DNA from: a bacterium
Lineage (GTDB): Bacteria; Zixibacteria; MSB-5A5; GN15; FEB-12
Length of the DNA: 64,000 nt
Assembly: GCA_043811375.1 (NCBI GenBank)
Contig: JBDRNJ010000072.1
Span: 167,053 to 231,052 of the forward strand
Direction: 5' to 3'
Shown here: piece after piece, positions 41,051 to 51,183 of the stretch
How the letters are laid out: each line of letters opens with the position of its first letter
How positions within the stretch are numbered: position 1 is the stretch's first letter
The notes under the pieces: model-generated
What the model was told of the DNA's origin: nothing
Databases searched by the model: none
Seen by the model: the letters and a program-made list of their open reading frames with translations, nothing else
Made by a program: the position numbers and the translations under genes

Positions 41051-41190
41051 ACACCGGGGTCGCCCCGAGTGGAAATGATTGGGGAAATATTTTGTCCCAG
41101 TCAATCGCCTTTTATGTTGCCCGTTGTCGGCTTCCGGGCTAATTTCGGTTCAGGTTTTTGATAATCTGATGCAATAGCGAGGGAGTAAGT

Positions 41191-43992
41191 ATGTCCGCCA
41201 GAAAAGCTGCCGATTCCAAGAAGACCACTTCCCGGAAGTCAGCCAAAAAGTCGCCGTCCAAGACGGCCCAGAAAACAACTTCCCGGAAAACCGCTGCTTC
41301 ACCACGATACTACTACTTCTTTGGTGACGGCAAAGCTGACGGAGACGCGTCAATGAGGGATCTGCTGGGAGGTAAAGGCGCCAACCTGGCTGAAATGAGC
41401 CAGGCCGGTTTACCGGTACCACCCGGTTTTACGTTGACCACTGAAGTTTGTCGTCTCTACTACGAGAACTCACTTCAGTTGCCGAGCGCAATCGACAAGG
41501 ATCTGGAGAAATACGTAGCCAAGATAGAGAAAGCCACCAGCAAGAAGTTTGGGGATCCGAAAAATCCGCTGTTGGTGTCGGTGCGTTCGGGCGCCGTGTT
41601 CTCCATGCCGGGCATGATGGATACCATTCTGAATCTGGGTCTTAATCCCGAAACGGTGGAGGGACTGGCGGCCATGACCGGCAACATGCGTTTTGCCCTG
41701 GACAATTACCGGCGCTTCATAGCGATGTTTGGCAACGTCGTCCTGGGGATCGATAAGGACCAGTTTGAGAAGGTCATCACCAAGAGGAAAGAAGAGCAAC
41801 GCATCAAACAGGACAGCTCTCTGCAGGAGAACGATCTTAAGGCCATTATCAAAAGTTATAAAAAGATCATCAAGCGCAAGTCGGGCGAGGATTTCCCGGA
41901 AGATCCATACATACAACTGCGTCTGGCGCGTGATGCTGTTTTTCGCAGTTGGAACAATCCGCGGGCAATTTCTTATCGTCGGATGCATGGTATTCCTTCT
42001 GATCTCGGGACGGCAGTAACGGTTCAGACGATGGTTTTCGGCAACAAGGGCAATCATTCGGCTACCGGGGTCGGCTTCACTCGTAACCCGGCCAACGGTG
42101 AGAAGGAATTCTACGGCGAATACCTTGTTAACGCCCAGGGCGAGGATGTCGTGGCCGGTATTCGCACGCCTCAGCCAATCAGCCTGCTGGCTCAGGAAAT
42201 GCCCGGTGTTTACAAGCAGCTCAAGACCATTACCACGCACCTGGAGAAGCACTACCGGGATGTCCAGGACTTTGAGTTTACGGTCGAGAACAAACAACTC
42301 TACATGCTGCAAACGCGCAACGGCAAGCGCACCGTGCAGGCAGCGATCAAAATCGCAGTCGACATGGTCAAGGAAAAGTTGATCTCCAGGGATGAGGCCC
42401 TGCAGCGCCTGGAGCCCCACCAGCTTGATCATCTTCTTCACCCGCGCCTGGACCCCAAGGCCGAGTATGACGTTATTGCCAAGGGACTACCGGCATCGCC
42501 GGGAGCTGCGACCGGTAAAGTATATTTCAGTTCCGAGGACGTTGTGGAGCGCGGCGTCAAAAATGCCTCGATACTCGTCAGAGAAGAAACCAATCCGGAT
42601 GATATCGAGGGAATGAATGTCGCCGTCGGTATTCTGACGGCACGCGGTGGCATGACATCGCACGCCGCTGTGGTGGCCCGCGGCATGGGCAAATGCTATG
42701 TGGCCGGAGCCGAAGCTATTCGGGTCAACAATGCCAAGAAGCAATTCCAGATCGGCAAACTGATTATCAAAGAAGGGGAGGTCATAACACTTAACGGTTC
42801 GGACGGGGAGGTCATCTTAGGCAAAGTCCCGACCATAGAACCGGAGTTGTCCGGTGAGTTTTCAGAGTTTATGAGTTGGGCTGACGAGGTGCGCCGACTC
42901 AAAGTGCGCACCAACGCCGATACTCCCCAGGATTGCACTCAGGCTCTCAAATACGGTGCCGAGGGTATCGGGCTGTGCCGTACCGAGCACATGTTCTTTG
43001 CCGAGGAGAGGATTCCCATCGTTCAAGAGATGATATTAGCCGACTCCCCGGAAGAGCGCCAGATCGCCCTGGAGAAACTGATCTCGTTTCAGAAAAAGGA
43101 TTTCAAGAAAATCCTGGATACCATGAAGGGGCTGCCGGTCACGATTCGCACTCTGGACCCGCCGCTGCACGAATTTCTGCCGCGCAAGGAAGAAATCGAG
43201 CAGAAGATCGAACAATTGAATCCCAAGGATGATGACTACGAGGAAGACCTGGCCAAGAATAACAAGATCATCCAGCGTATCGAGGAGTTGACCGAACTCA
43301 ATCCGATGCTGGGACATCGCGGTTGCCGACTGGGTATCATGTATCCTGAGATTACCGAGATGCAGGTCCGGGCTATCATAAGCGCCGCCTGCGAACTGAC
43401 CAAGGACAAGAAGAAGGTGTTCCCGGAGATCATGATCCCGCTGGTCGGCCATGTCAATGAGTTCCGCCACCAGAAAGAAGTAGTGGTACGCGTGGCTAAC
43501 GAGGTGATAACCAGGTACCGGGTCAAAAACCTGCAGTACCTGGTGGGCACCATGATCGAGATTCCCCGGGCGGCATTGACAGCCGACGAGATCGCCGCTG
43601 AGGCCGATTTCTTCAGCTTCGGAACTAATGACCTGACCCAGATGGCTATGGGTTTTTCTCGCGATGATGCCGGCAAGTTTCTGACACACTACATTGAAAA
43701 GGGTATCCTGCCCAACGATCCGTTTGTGACACTCGACCAGTCGGGAGTGGGACAACTGGTCAGGATGGGAACCGAAAAGGGCCGGGGTGTCAAACCTGAA
43801 CTAAAAGTCGGTATCTGCGGCGAACATGGCGGTGATCCGGACTCCGTTGTTTTCTGCCATCAAGTGGGACTCGACTATGTCTCCTGCTCGCCGTTCAGAG
43901 TTCCCATCGCTCGTCTGGCAGCCGCACAAGCTGTGCTGCAGGAACGCGACGGCAAATCGAAAAAAACAAGGCAGCACACCGGTACCGCCTGA
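41191..43992 (+). CDS. ppdK: Pyruvate, phosphate dikinase
   Basis: LGGKGANLAEM, SVRSGA..SMPGMMDT, GGMTSHAAVVARG (phospho-His), GICGEHGGDP. Confidence 0.98.
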   Translation: MSARKAADSKKTTSRKSAKKSPSKTAQKTTSRKTAASPRYYYFFGDGKADGDASMRDLLGGKGANLAEMSQAGLPVPPGFTLTTEVCRLYYENSLQLPSAIDKDLEKYVAKIEKATSKKFGDPKNPLLVSVRSGAVFSMPGMMDTILNLGLNPETVEGLAAMTGNMRFALDNYRRFIAMFGNVVLGIDKDQFEKVITKRKEEQRIKQDSSLQENDLKAIIKSYKKIIKRKSGEDFPEDPYIQLRLARDAVFRSWNNPRAISYRRMHGIPSDLGTAVTVQTMVFGNKGNHSATGVGFTRNPANGEKEFYGEYLVNAQGEDVVAGIRTPQPISLLAQEMPGVYKQLKTITTHLEKHYRDVQDFEFTVENKQLYMLQTRNGKRTVQAAIKIAVDMVKEKLISRDEALQRLEPHQLDHLLHPRLDPKAEYDVIAKGLPASPGAATGKVYFSSEDVVERGVKNASILVREETNPDDIEGMNVAVGILTARGGMTSHAAVVARGMGKCYVAGAEAIRVNNAKKQFQIGKLIIKEGEVITLNGSDGEVILGKVPTIEPELSGEFSEFMSWADEVRRLKVRTNADTPQDCTQALKYGAEGIGLCRTEHMFFAEERIPIVQEMILADSPEERQIALEKLISFQKKDFKKILDTMKGLPVTIRTLDPPLHEFLPRKEEIEQKIEQLNPKDDDYEEDLAKNNKIIQRIEELTELNPMLGHRGCRLGIMYPEITEMQVRAIISAACELTKDKKKVFPEIMIPLVGHVNEFRHQKEVVVRVANEVITRYRVKNLQYLVGTMIEIPRAALTADEIAAEADFFSFGTNDLTQMAMGFSRDDAGKFLTHYIEKGILPNDPFVTLDQSGVGQLVRMGTEKGRGVKPELKVGICGEHGGDPDSVVFCHQVGLDYVSCSPFRVPIARLAAAQAVLQERDGKSKKTRQHTGTA

Positions 43993-44133
43993 TTCGAGAC
44001 CACCCGGTGGCCACAAGTGGCTTTTATGACAAGTCCCGTAAGTCAGTTCCAACCTTGGCTGACGTGGTTAGCGGTTCGAGGGCGATTGAAAAAAAGAGTG
44101 TCGAAACCACAGGGGGATCGAGCTACGGAGCTT

Positions 44134-44491
44134 GTCATTCCCGCGGAAGCGGGAATCCAGGTTAGCCTATTATCTCGTCATAGAGATTCCGCCAATTTGG
44201 ATTATCTTTTTCGATTAGTTCAAGTTTCCATCTTCTTTTCCACTTCTTGATTTGCTTCTCTCGTGTAATTGCTTGCCGGATGTCTTCGTGTTCTTCAAAA
44301 TAGACAAGATAGTGTGCCTTGTATTTTTTAGTAAATCCATCTACGAGATCGTGCTTGTGCTCGTAGACTCGCTTAATTAGATCTGTAGTAATGCCGATGT
44401 AGAGCGTTCCGTTTCTCTTACTGGCTAAAATGTAGACGTATGCTTTCTTCATTATGAATGATTTCTGGATTCCTGCTTTCGCAGGAATGAC
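44134..44491. mobile_element. GIY-YIG gene cassette bracketed by inverted CGTC/GTCA-type palindromes
   Basis: GTCATTCCCGCGGAAGCGGGAATCCAG (44134-44160) and CTGGATTCCTGCTTTCGCAGGAATGAC (44465-44491) directly flank an AT-richer gene. Confidence 0.75.
44162..44452 (-). CDS. Stand-alone GIY-YIG nuclease-family protein
   Basis: AYVYILAS...TLYIGITTDLIKRVYEHK...LVYFE...AITREKQIKKWKRRWK. Confidence 0.95.
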   Translation of the reverse strand: MKKAYVYILASKRNGTLYIGITTDLIKRVYEHKHDLVDGFTKKYKAHYLVYFEEHEDIRQAITREKQIKKWKRRWKLELIEKDNPNWRNLYDEIIG

Positions 44492-44801
44492 GGAATTGTA
44501 GTCTGCTCTAAGTTGTAGGTCAAGCAGCGTTTTTATCTGCTTTACTGAGCAGCAAAAAACCTGATCACATCCTTGATTGGGGGCTTTATTTTACCCCTGT
44601 GGCTTTTTTCCTCGCAACTCGACCTGCGATTTTGCAGAGCTGTCGGAGAATGGTTTCGCTTGACTTTTTTCTGCTGAAGTATTCATTCGAGTTTATGTTG
44701 ACCGATGAGTATCTTACAGGTTCTGCAATAGTGCCTCCGCAACGCAAGCACCACCCGCGGCTTGCATTACGGCGTATCAATAAAACCCGGAATGACTTAT
44801 T

Positions 44802-46910
44802 ATGAAACAACAGCTGGATACCATTTTCAGACCCAAATCGGTGGCAGTCATTGGCGCCTCCACGCACCGAGGCACAATCGGCCGGCAGATGCTGCACAAT
44901 ATCATCCTGGCTGAGTTTAACGGCAAGGTCTTCCCTGTCAATCCCAAGGCGCCCGTGATTCACTCTATCAAGGCTTACTCCACGATTCTCGATGTTCCGG
45001 ATGCCGTCGATCTGGCTATTGTGATCATCCCCAAGGAATTTGTCCGGGATGTCGTCAAACAGTGTGGTGAAAAGGGAGTCAAGGGACTGATAGTAATTTC
45101 GGCCGGATTCTCCGAGACCGACAAGAAAGGCGTAAAGCGGGAACAGGAAGTACTGGCGATCGTGAGGGAACACGGGATACGCATGATCGGCCCCAACTGT
45201 TTCGGCGTCGTCAACACTGATCCCGACGTCAATCTCAACGCCACCTTCGGCAAAATTTACCCCAAGTGTGGTCGTATTGGATTTATCACCCAGTCCGGAG
45301 CAATGGGCGAAGCGATAATTAACCACGCCAAAGAACTGGGGATTGGGTTTTCGATCGTCGCCTCTATCGGCAACAAAGCCGATATCTCCTCCAACGATAT
45401 CCTGGCCTATCTCAGGGATGATCCCCGCACCGACGTCATTCTCATGTACCTGGAGAATTTCGGTAATCCACGAAACTTCACGCAGATTGCGCGCGAGGTT
45501 TCCCGCATCAAGCCTATCGTGGCGGTTAAATCGGGGCGCACCAAACTCGGCGCCAAAGCGGCTTCCTCTCACACCGGCGCTCTGGCGGGGCTCGATGTCG
45601 GCGTGGATGCTTTGTTTGACCAAACGGGTGTGATGCGCGTCGACACCGTCGAGGAGTTGTTTGACGTCGCCAAAGCGCTGTCGACCCAGCCGATCCCCAA
45701 GGGCAAGCGAGTGGTAGTGGTAACCAACGCCGGCGGACCGGGCATCCTGGCCACCGATGCTCTGGTAAACAACGGTCTGGAGATGCCGGCGCTGTCATCA
45801 ACCACCGTCCGAAAACTCAAAAAGTTCATCACTGCCGAGGCATCGTTCTCCAATCCCATGGATATGGTGGCCGGAGCCGGTCCGTCCGAATTCAAAGGGA
45901 CGCTGGATATCATCAAAACCGACAGCCGCTACGATGCGATTGTCCCGATCTTCGTACCGCCGGCGACAATCGACCAGCTTGACGTGGCCAGGAACATCCA
46001 CGAATCACTGGTCGGATGCAAGAAAACGGTGTTGGCCTGTTTTATGGGAGCCGGGGGCGATTCACAGGGAATCGAATATCTCAAGGAACACGACATACCG
46101 GTGTATATATATCCTGAGGCGATTGCCAGGACACTGGCTACAATCTACAAGTACAAAGAACGCCTTGCTCGACCGCGCGGCAAATCAAGAACGTTCAAAG
46201 TCAACACCAACAAAGTCCGGCGCATTGTCGATGAGGCCACCGCCAACGGTCAACAGGCCATAGTCGGCGAGGCCGCTATCGACATGCTGGCGGCTTACGG
46301 GATTCCGGTTGCCGGTTATCGCTATGCCAAAAGCGCCGGGAAAGCGGTGGAAGTGGCCCGCCAGATCGGCTACCCGGTGGTAATGAAGATCAGCAGTCCG
46401 CCCATTGTGCACAAAACCGAGGTGGGCGGAGTGATGGTCGACCTGCGCACCGACAAGGAAGTCCAGTCGGCCTTTAAGGCGCTTCGGGAGCGTGTTGGTG
46501 AAGTGGAAGAGCGCGAGGTCTTTTCGGTGGCCATGCAGCAACTGGTTTCAGGAGGTATCGAGACTGTCATGGGGATGATCGACGATCCGTCATTCGGACC
46601 CCTGATCATGTTCGGTCTGGGCGGGATCTATGTCGAGATCATGAAGGATGTCTCATTCCGAATCAATCCACTGACCGATCAAGGCGCCAGAGAGATTGTC
46701 AGGTCGCTGCGTTCCTATCCGCTTCTGACCGGTTTCCGGGGAGCACCACCGGTTGACCTGGAAACGGTTGAAGAAACGCTGCTGCGCCTGTCGCAATTCG
46801 TGGAGGATTTTGACTGTTTCTCCGAAATCGACATCAATCCGTTTATCGCCTCACCCGACAGGTCCAACTGCAAGGCGGTCGATGCCAGGTTTATCGTCAA
46901 GACTGACTGA
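44802..46910 (+). CDS. acd: Acetate--CoA ligase (ADP-forming), fused alpha-beta
   Basis: CoA-binding domain (SVAVIGAS, GPNCFG, QSGA), catalytic SHTGAL, TNAGGPG, ATP-grasp domain (HKTEVGGV, EIDINPF); no GNAT domain. Confidence 0.9.
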   Translation: MKQQLDTIFRPKSVAVIGASTHRGTIGRQMLHNIILAEFNGKVFPVNPKAPVIHSIKAYSTILDVPDAVDLAIVIIPKEFVRDVVKQCGEKGVKGLIVISAGFSETDKKGVKREQEVLAIVREHGIRMIGPNCFGVVNTDPDVNLNATFGKIYPKCGRIGFITQSGAMGEAIINHAKELGIGFSIVASIGNKADISSNDILAYLRDDPRTDVILMYLENFGNPRNFTQIAREVSRIKPIVAVKSGRTKLGAKAASSHTGALAGLDVGVDALFDQTGVMRVDTVEELFDVAKALSTQPIPKGKRVVVVTNAGGPGILATDALVNNGLEMPALSSTTVRKLKKFITAEASFSNPMDMVAGAGPSEFKGTLDIIKTDSRYDAIVPIFVPPATIDQLDVARNIHESLVGCKKTVLACFMGAGGDSQGIEYLKEHDIPVYIYPEAIARTLATIYKYKERLARPRGKSRTFKVNTNKVRRIVDEATANGQQAIVGEAAIDMLAAYGIPVAGYRYAKSAGKAVEVARQIGYPVVMKISSPPIVHKTEVGGVMVDLRTDKEVQSAFKALRERVGEVEEREVFSVAMQQLVSGGIETVMGMIDDPSFGPLIMFGLGGIYVEIMKDVSFRINPLTDQGAREIVRSLRSYPLLTGFRGAPPVDLETVEETLLRLSQFVEDFDCFSEIDINPFIASPDRSNCKAVDARFIVKTD

Positions 46911-47024
46911 TGGGGTTCTATGACTTGTGTTTTTAGACCAACGCATTATCTTCCGCAATAATAAATTATTCAACGCGGGTGAACTGTGACACGGATCAGA
47001 GAACCCGCAAATAAGGGCTGCCTG

Positions 47025-47561
47025 ATGCGATATGAAATAAAAGCGATCGGCTTCTGGCCGTTCATTAAGATCTCCTTCTTCTTTAATCTTATCATCGGTT
47101 TTCTCTTTGGTCTGCTCTATGCGTTGATGCTCAGTGTCATCATGACCATAGCCGGTCAACTGAGCAATTTCCCAATCGAAGGTCTGGGTGTTGACATCGA
47201 AGAATTGTCGATAGGCGGCATGGTTGTGATCATGCCGATTCTGTTCGCCATCCTCGGGGCTGTTTTTCACACCCTGATCGGTGTTGTCCTGATCGCCATC
47301 TACAATCTGATCGCGCGCCTGGTGGGCGGCCTGGAATTTGATCTCAAGGCGGTGACGGCCGAGCCCCATCCGACACCAGCACCACCCCCCACCGGAGTTG
47401 TTATCGGTGCACCGGTAGTTCCACCGACTCAGCCATCCGGACCGCCACCGACCACACCAGCGCCGCCGATGCCGCCACCGTCGGCTCCCTCTCCCCCACC
47501 GCCCGGACAGAGCGATCCCGGCACTGACTCACATCGCGAAGGACCTGCAAATACTCAATGA
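47025..47561 (+). CDS. Two-TM membrane protein (DUF3566-like) with Pro-rich tail
   Basis: IYNLIARLVGGLEFDL motif after two TM helices; poly-Pro C-terminus. Confidence 0.75.
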   Translation: MRYEIKAIGFWPFIKISFFFNLIIGFLFGLLYALMLSVIMTIAGQLSNFPIEGLGVDIEELSIGGMVVIMPILFAILGAVFHTLIGVVLIAIYNLIARLVGGLEFDLKAVTAEPHPTPAPPPTGVVIGAPVVPPTQPSGPPPTTPAPPMPPPSAPSPPPPGQSDPGTDSHREGPANTQ

Positions 47562-49012
47562 CTGACTCACCCGTCAGAGTGCGGATTGCTCCTTCTCCGA
47601 CCGGCTTTCTTCACGTCGGAACGGCCAGGATGGCTATTGCCAATTTCCTGTTCGCACGGCACGCCGACGGACAGTTCCTGGTGCGAATCGAAGACACGGA
47701 CGCTTCCCGATCCCGCTCGGAGTTGATCGAGCCGATTCTGTCGGCCATGAAGTGGCTGGGGCTGACATGGGATGAAGAGATTGTCTACCAGTCGCAGCGA
47801 GCCGACATCTACCGTGAGCACGCCCGCCGCATCCTGGAAAGCGGGCATGGTTACCGATGCTTCTGCACACCGGATGAGTTGGAGCAGGCAAGGCAAAAAG
47901 CAAGGGCGGAAAAGGGATCGCTGCTGTATAACCGCCGCTGCCTGCGGTTGTCGGACGATGAGATTCAGCAGCGCCTTACTTCCGGACAGAAATATGCCAT
48001 CCGACTGAAGATCCCTGAGGGTGAGACTGTCTTTGAGGATATGGTGTCAGGGCATTTGAAACGCAGCAACCGGGAAATCGAGGACCTGATCGTCGCTCGA
48101 TCCGACGGCTCCGCAACCTACAACCTGGCGGTCGTGGTCGATGACCACGATATGGGCATCACGCACGGTATCAGGGGCAACGACCACATCACCAACACCT
48201 TCAAGCAGGTCCATATCTATAGCGCCCTGGGCTGGTCGCCGCCGGCTTTCGGGCACCTGCCGATGATCCTGCGGCCCGACCGTAAAAAAGTATCCAAGCG
48301 ACTGGGTGATAAAGATGTCAACGAATACAGCAAGGAAGGAATCCTGCCCGAGGCTTTGTTCAACTACCTCTGCCTGCTGGGCTGGTCGCCAAAGAGTGAT
48401 CGCGAAATCTATACGGTCAGGGAGTTGACCGAGATTTTCAACCCGGACAATTTCAATCCGTCCAACGCCATCTTCGACGAAGAAAAACTGCTGGCCTTCA
48501 ACCGGGAACATATTGTCCTGAAACCCGATCACGAACTAGCCGAGATGGTGGCTCCCCTGCTGGTGGATGCGGGGCTGTCCTCGAAGTACTGGCTGGAGAC
48601 ACGCTGGGATTACCTGCGAGCAGTGGTCGGCACACTGCGGGAACGGGTTCGTCGGGTGTCGGATTTTATCAATCTCGGCAGCTATTTCTTTGATTTTGAC
48701 TACAAGTACGACCCGGCGGCGGTCTGCAAACGGTTTCTGCCGGAGACGGCCGGCCTTCTGGATGAACTGGCCGACCGTTTCGAAGCCCTGCCGGAACTGA
48801 CACTTCAAAACACCGAGGAAACATTAAACACCCTTGCCGATGAGCATGGGATCAAACGCGCCGAACTCATCCACCCCACGCGACTGGCCGTAACGGGTGT
48901 CCCGGCCGGACCGGGATTGTATGATATACTAACTGTCCTCGGCCAAACGGCAGTGGTTGAACGAATGCACCGGGCTGCCCGGTTCATTCGAACAAAGGAG
49001 ACCGATGCCTGA
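47558..49012 (+). CDS. gltX: Glutamate--tRNA ligase
   Basis: RIAPSPTGFLHVGT, RIEDTD, IRGNDH, KVSKR and anticodon-binding domain. Confidence 0.97.
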   Translation: MTDSPVRVRIAPSPTGFLHVGTARMAIANFLFARHADGQFLVRIEDTDASRSRSELIEPILSAMKWLGLTWDEEIVYQSQRADIYREHARRILESGHGYRCFCTPDELEQARQKARAEKGSLLYNRRCLRLSDDEIQQRLTSGQKYAIRLKIPEGETVFEDMVSGHLKRSNREIEDLIVARSDGSATYNLAVVVDDHDMGITHGIRGNDHITNTFKQVHIYSALGWSPPAFGHLPMILRPDRKKVSKRLGDKDVNEYSKEGILPEALFNYLCLLGWSPKSDREIYTVRELTEIFNPDNFNPSNAIFDEEKLLAFNREHIVLKPDHELAEMVAPLLVDAGLSSKYWLETRWDYLRAVVGTLRERVRRVSDFINLGSYFFDFDYKYDPAAVCKRFLPETAGLLDELADRFEALPELTLQNTEETLNTLADEHGIKRAELIHPTRLAVTGVPAGPGLYDILTVLGQTAVVERMHRAARFIRTKETDA

Positions 49013-49158
49013 CCGGATGCTTCAGAATGTGTTTGCGGACTGCTCGAAACCGCGGACATCTCATCATCGCCGGCACCTATCGGGCTTGCCAACACAGGCA
49101 GTAATCGCTTATCTTACATTGAAGACTCGGCGGTTTGACCGCGTGGAAGAACTCTGAT

Positions 49159-49350
49159 ATGCAGTGGACCTGTGGCATTTGCGGTTATCTTCATGATGAA
49201 GGCGAAGTGCCTTCAGTCTGCCCGGTCTGCGGCGCATCCCGGAGCAAATTCACGGAATACTTCGATGATGACAACAACATAGATGAAAATGAGGCTCTCG
49301 TAAGACGGCGTAACAAGTTTGACGATTACTATGGAGACTACGATGAGTAG
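49159..49350 (+). CDS. Rubredoxin-like domain protein with acidic tail
   Basis: WTCGICGYLH...CPVCGA..SKF. Confidence 0.8.
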   Translation: MQWTCGICGYLHDEGEVPSVCPVCGASRSKFTEYFDDDNNIDENEALVRRRNKFDDYYGDYDE

Positions 49351-49879
49351 CAACAAAGAGGAACTGGTGTCGATTACCGAAAACCGCCGCACCACCGAAT
49401 CGGTACTCAGAGTAGGTGACGAAGCTCCCGACTTCACCCTGCCGACTCACAATGAGGGTGAATTGAATCTGGCCTGGTACCAGAGCCGCAAGAACGTTGT
49501 CCTGGCCTTCTATCCCGGGGATTTCACTCCGGTTTGCGCCGCCCAGATACCGCAGTACCAGACACATATGGAACGTTTCGAGCAGTATCGCACACAACTC
49601 CTGGCTATCTCGGTCGACTCCGTGGCTTGTCATGCCGCCTGGGCTAAATCACTCGGCGGATTGTCGTTTCCCCTGATGTCGGACTATTATCCCCACGGCG
49701 CGGTAGCCGAAAAATATGGTGTTCTCAACCGAACCGGGTATGCCGAACGCACAGTCTTCGTGATTGATTTGAAAGGCAGGATTCGGTGGATCGAAAAACT
49801 GGAGCCTTTCGACATGCCCGACAACGAGGAGCTGTTTCGGCAATTGGAAAAACTGGAATCTGAAACCAACCGGCCGTGA
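49343..49879 (+). CDS. Peroxiredoxin (AhpC/TSA family, AhpE-like)
   Basis: GDEAPDFTL, FYPGDFTPVC (peroxidatic Cys), ISVDS, RTVFVID. Confidence 0.92.
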   Translation: MSSNKEELVSITENRRTTESVLRVGDEAPDFTLPTHNEGELNLAWYQSRKNVVLAFYPGDFTPVCAAQIPQYQTHMERFEQYRTQLLAISVDSVACHAAWAKSLGGLSFPLMSDYYPHGAVAEKYGVLNRTGYAERTVFVIDLKGRIRWIEKLEPFDMPDNEELFRQLEKLESETNRP

Positions 49880-49933
49880 ACCGGGAGGGCCGATAGACGG
49901 TTAGTCATGGTAGCAGGTTGATACCCGGCAATA

Positions 49934-51046
49934 ATGCCGGATCAGCCGCGGTTTGGAAAACATAACATGTATTTCTCTCTGCCCCAGGAATATCGCGAAG
50001 CCCGACCGGACGAGTTGCAAGATCGCATCCGGGCCGCCCGGCAGAAACTCGGTCGCAAATTGTGTATCCTGACTCACCATTATCAACGCGCCGAGATCGT
50101 CGCCTGCGGTGACCACACTGGTGACAGCTACGGCCTGTCCAAAATCGCCGCCGAACGCCGGGGAGTTGAAGTCATCGCTTTTTGTGGTGTACATTTCATG
50201 GCCGAGTCGGCTGATATTCTCACGTCTGAGCGTCAGCAGGTTTTTCTGCCCAATCCGCTGGCCGGTTGTCCGATGGCCGACATGGCGGAGATGGCTGATG
50301 TCATGGAGGCCTGGGAATACCTCAAGCAGTTCGGGGCTGAGAAAAAGATCATGCCCATCTCTTACATGAACACGGCCGCATCGCTGAAGGCCTTCACCGG
50401 CCGCTACGACGGCGTCATCTGCACCTCATCCAACGCGGTGCAGGCTTTCAAGTATGGTTTTGACCGCCGGGAGAAGATCTTCTTCTTCCCCGATGAAAAC
50501 CTGGGCTACAACACCGGTGTCAAGTTTGGACTAAAACCCGAGGAGATCGTAATCTGGGATTTCTCACGTGAAAGCGGCGGTCTGACCGAAGAGCAGGTAG
50601 CCGGGGCAAAGCTGATCCTGTGGAAGGGTCATTGCCATGTCCATACCAATTTCACTGCCGAGCACGTCCATCAGGTTCGCGAGCAGTACCCGGGGGTGAA
50701 AGTGATCGTGCATCCGGAATGTATTCCCGAAGTAGTGGCGCAGGCTGACGCCCACGGTTCCACCAGCTTCATCGTGAAATTCTGTGCCGAAGCACCGACC
50801 GGTTCAACTATCGCCATCGGAACCGAGATAAACCTGATCAGCCGCATGGCGCAAAAATACCCCGACAAGAAGATTTTCGAGTTGTCGGGGCAAACCTGTC
50901 CAGTGTGCGCCAACATGTACCGCACTACCATCAATGACCTGGCCTACACCCTGGAGAACTGGCAGGACCTGAAGCCAATCCGGGTGACGGAACCGACTCG
51001 TGGCGAAGCCCTGCTGGCTCTTCAGAAAATGCTCCGGATTAGCTGA
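49934..51046 (+). CDS. nadA: Quinolinate synthase A
   Basis: HHYQ, GDSY, CGVHFMAE, AGCPMA, CTSSNA, GHCHVH, HPEC, CANM. Confidence 0.96.
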   Translation: MPDQPRFGKHNMYFSLPQEYREARPDELQDRIRAARQKLGRKLCILTHHYQRAEIVACGDHTGDSYGLSKIAAERRGVEVIAFCGVHFMAESADILTSERQQVFLPNPLAGCPMADMAEMADVMEAWEYLKQFGAEKKIMPISYMNTAASLKAFTGRYDGVICTSSNAVQAFKYGFDRREKIFFFPDENLGYNTGVKFGLKPEEIVIWDFSRESGGLTEEQVAGAKLILWKGHCHVHTNFTAEHVHQVREQYPGVKVIVHPECIPEVVAQADAHGSTSFIVKFCAEAPTGSTIAIGTEINLISRMAQKYPDKKIFELSGQTCPVCANMYRTTINDLAYTLENWQDLKPIRVTEPTRGEALLALQKMLRIS

Positions 51047-51183
51047 CGCTACCCCCGACAAAATAGCCAGCTTTTGTCAGCAGCCACGGAGCAGCTGACG
51101 GAATCGGCCGGTGATAACAGCGTCATCTTACCTCTTGTGTAGCTAGTACCCATACTCTGCGACTCAGCTATGTGAGATTTACA

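Noticed and set aside
41470..45623. Long minus-strand ORFs (41470-42441, 43036-43755, 44586-45623)
   Set aside because: Antisense to ppdK and acd; expected from codon bias in GC-rich genes.
44802..46910. Pat/YfiQ protein acetyltransferase
   Set aside because: No GNAT domain, and the catalytic His (SHTG) is retained.
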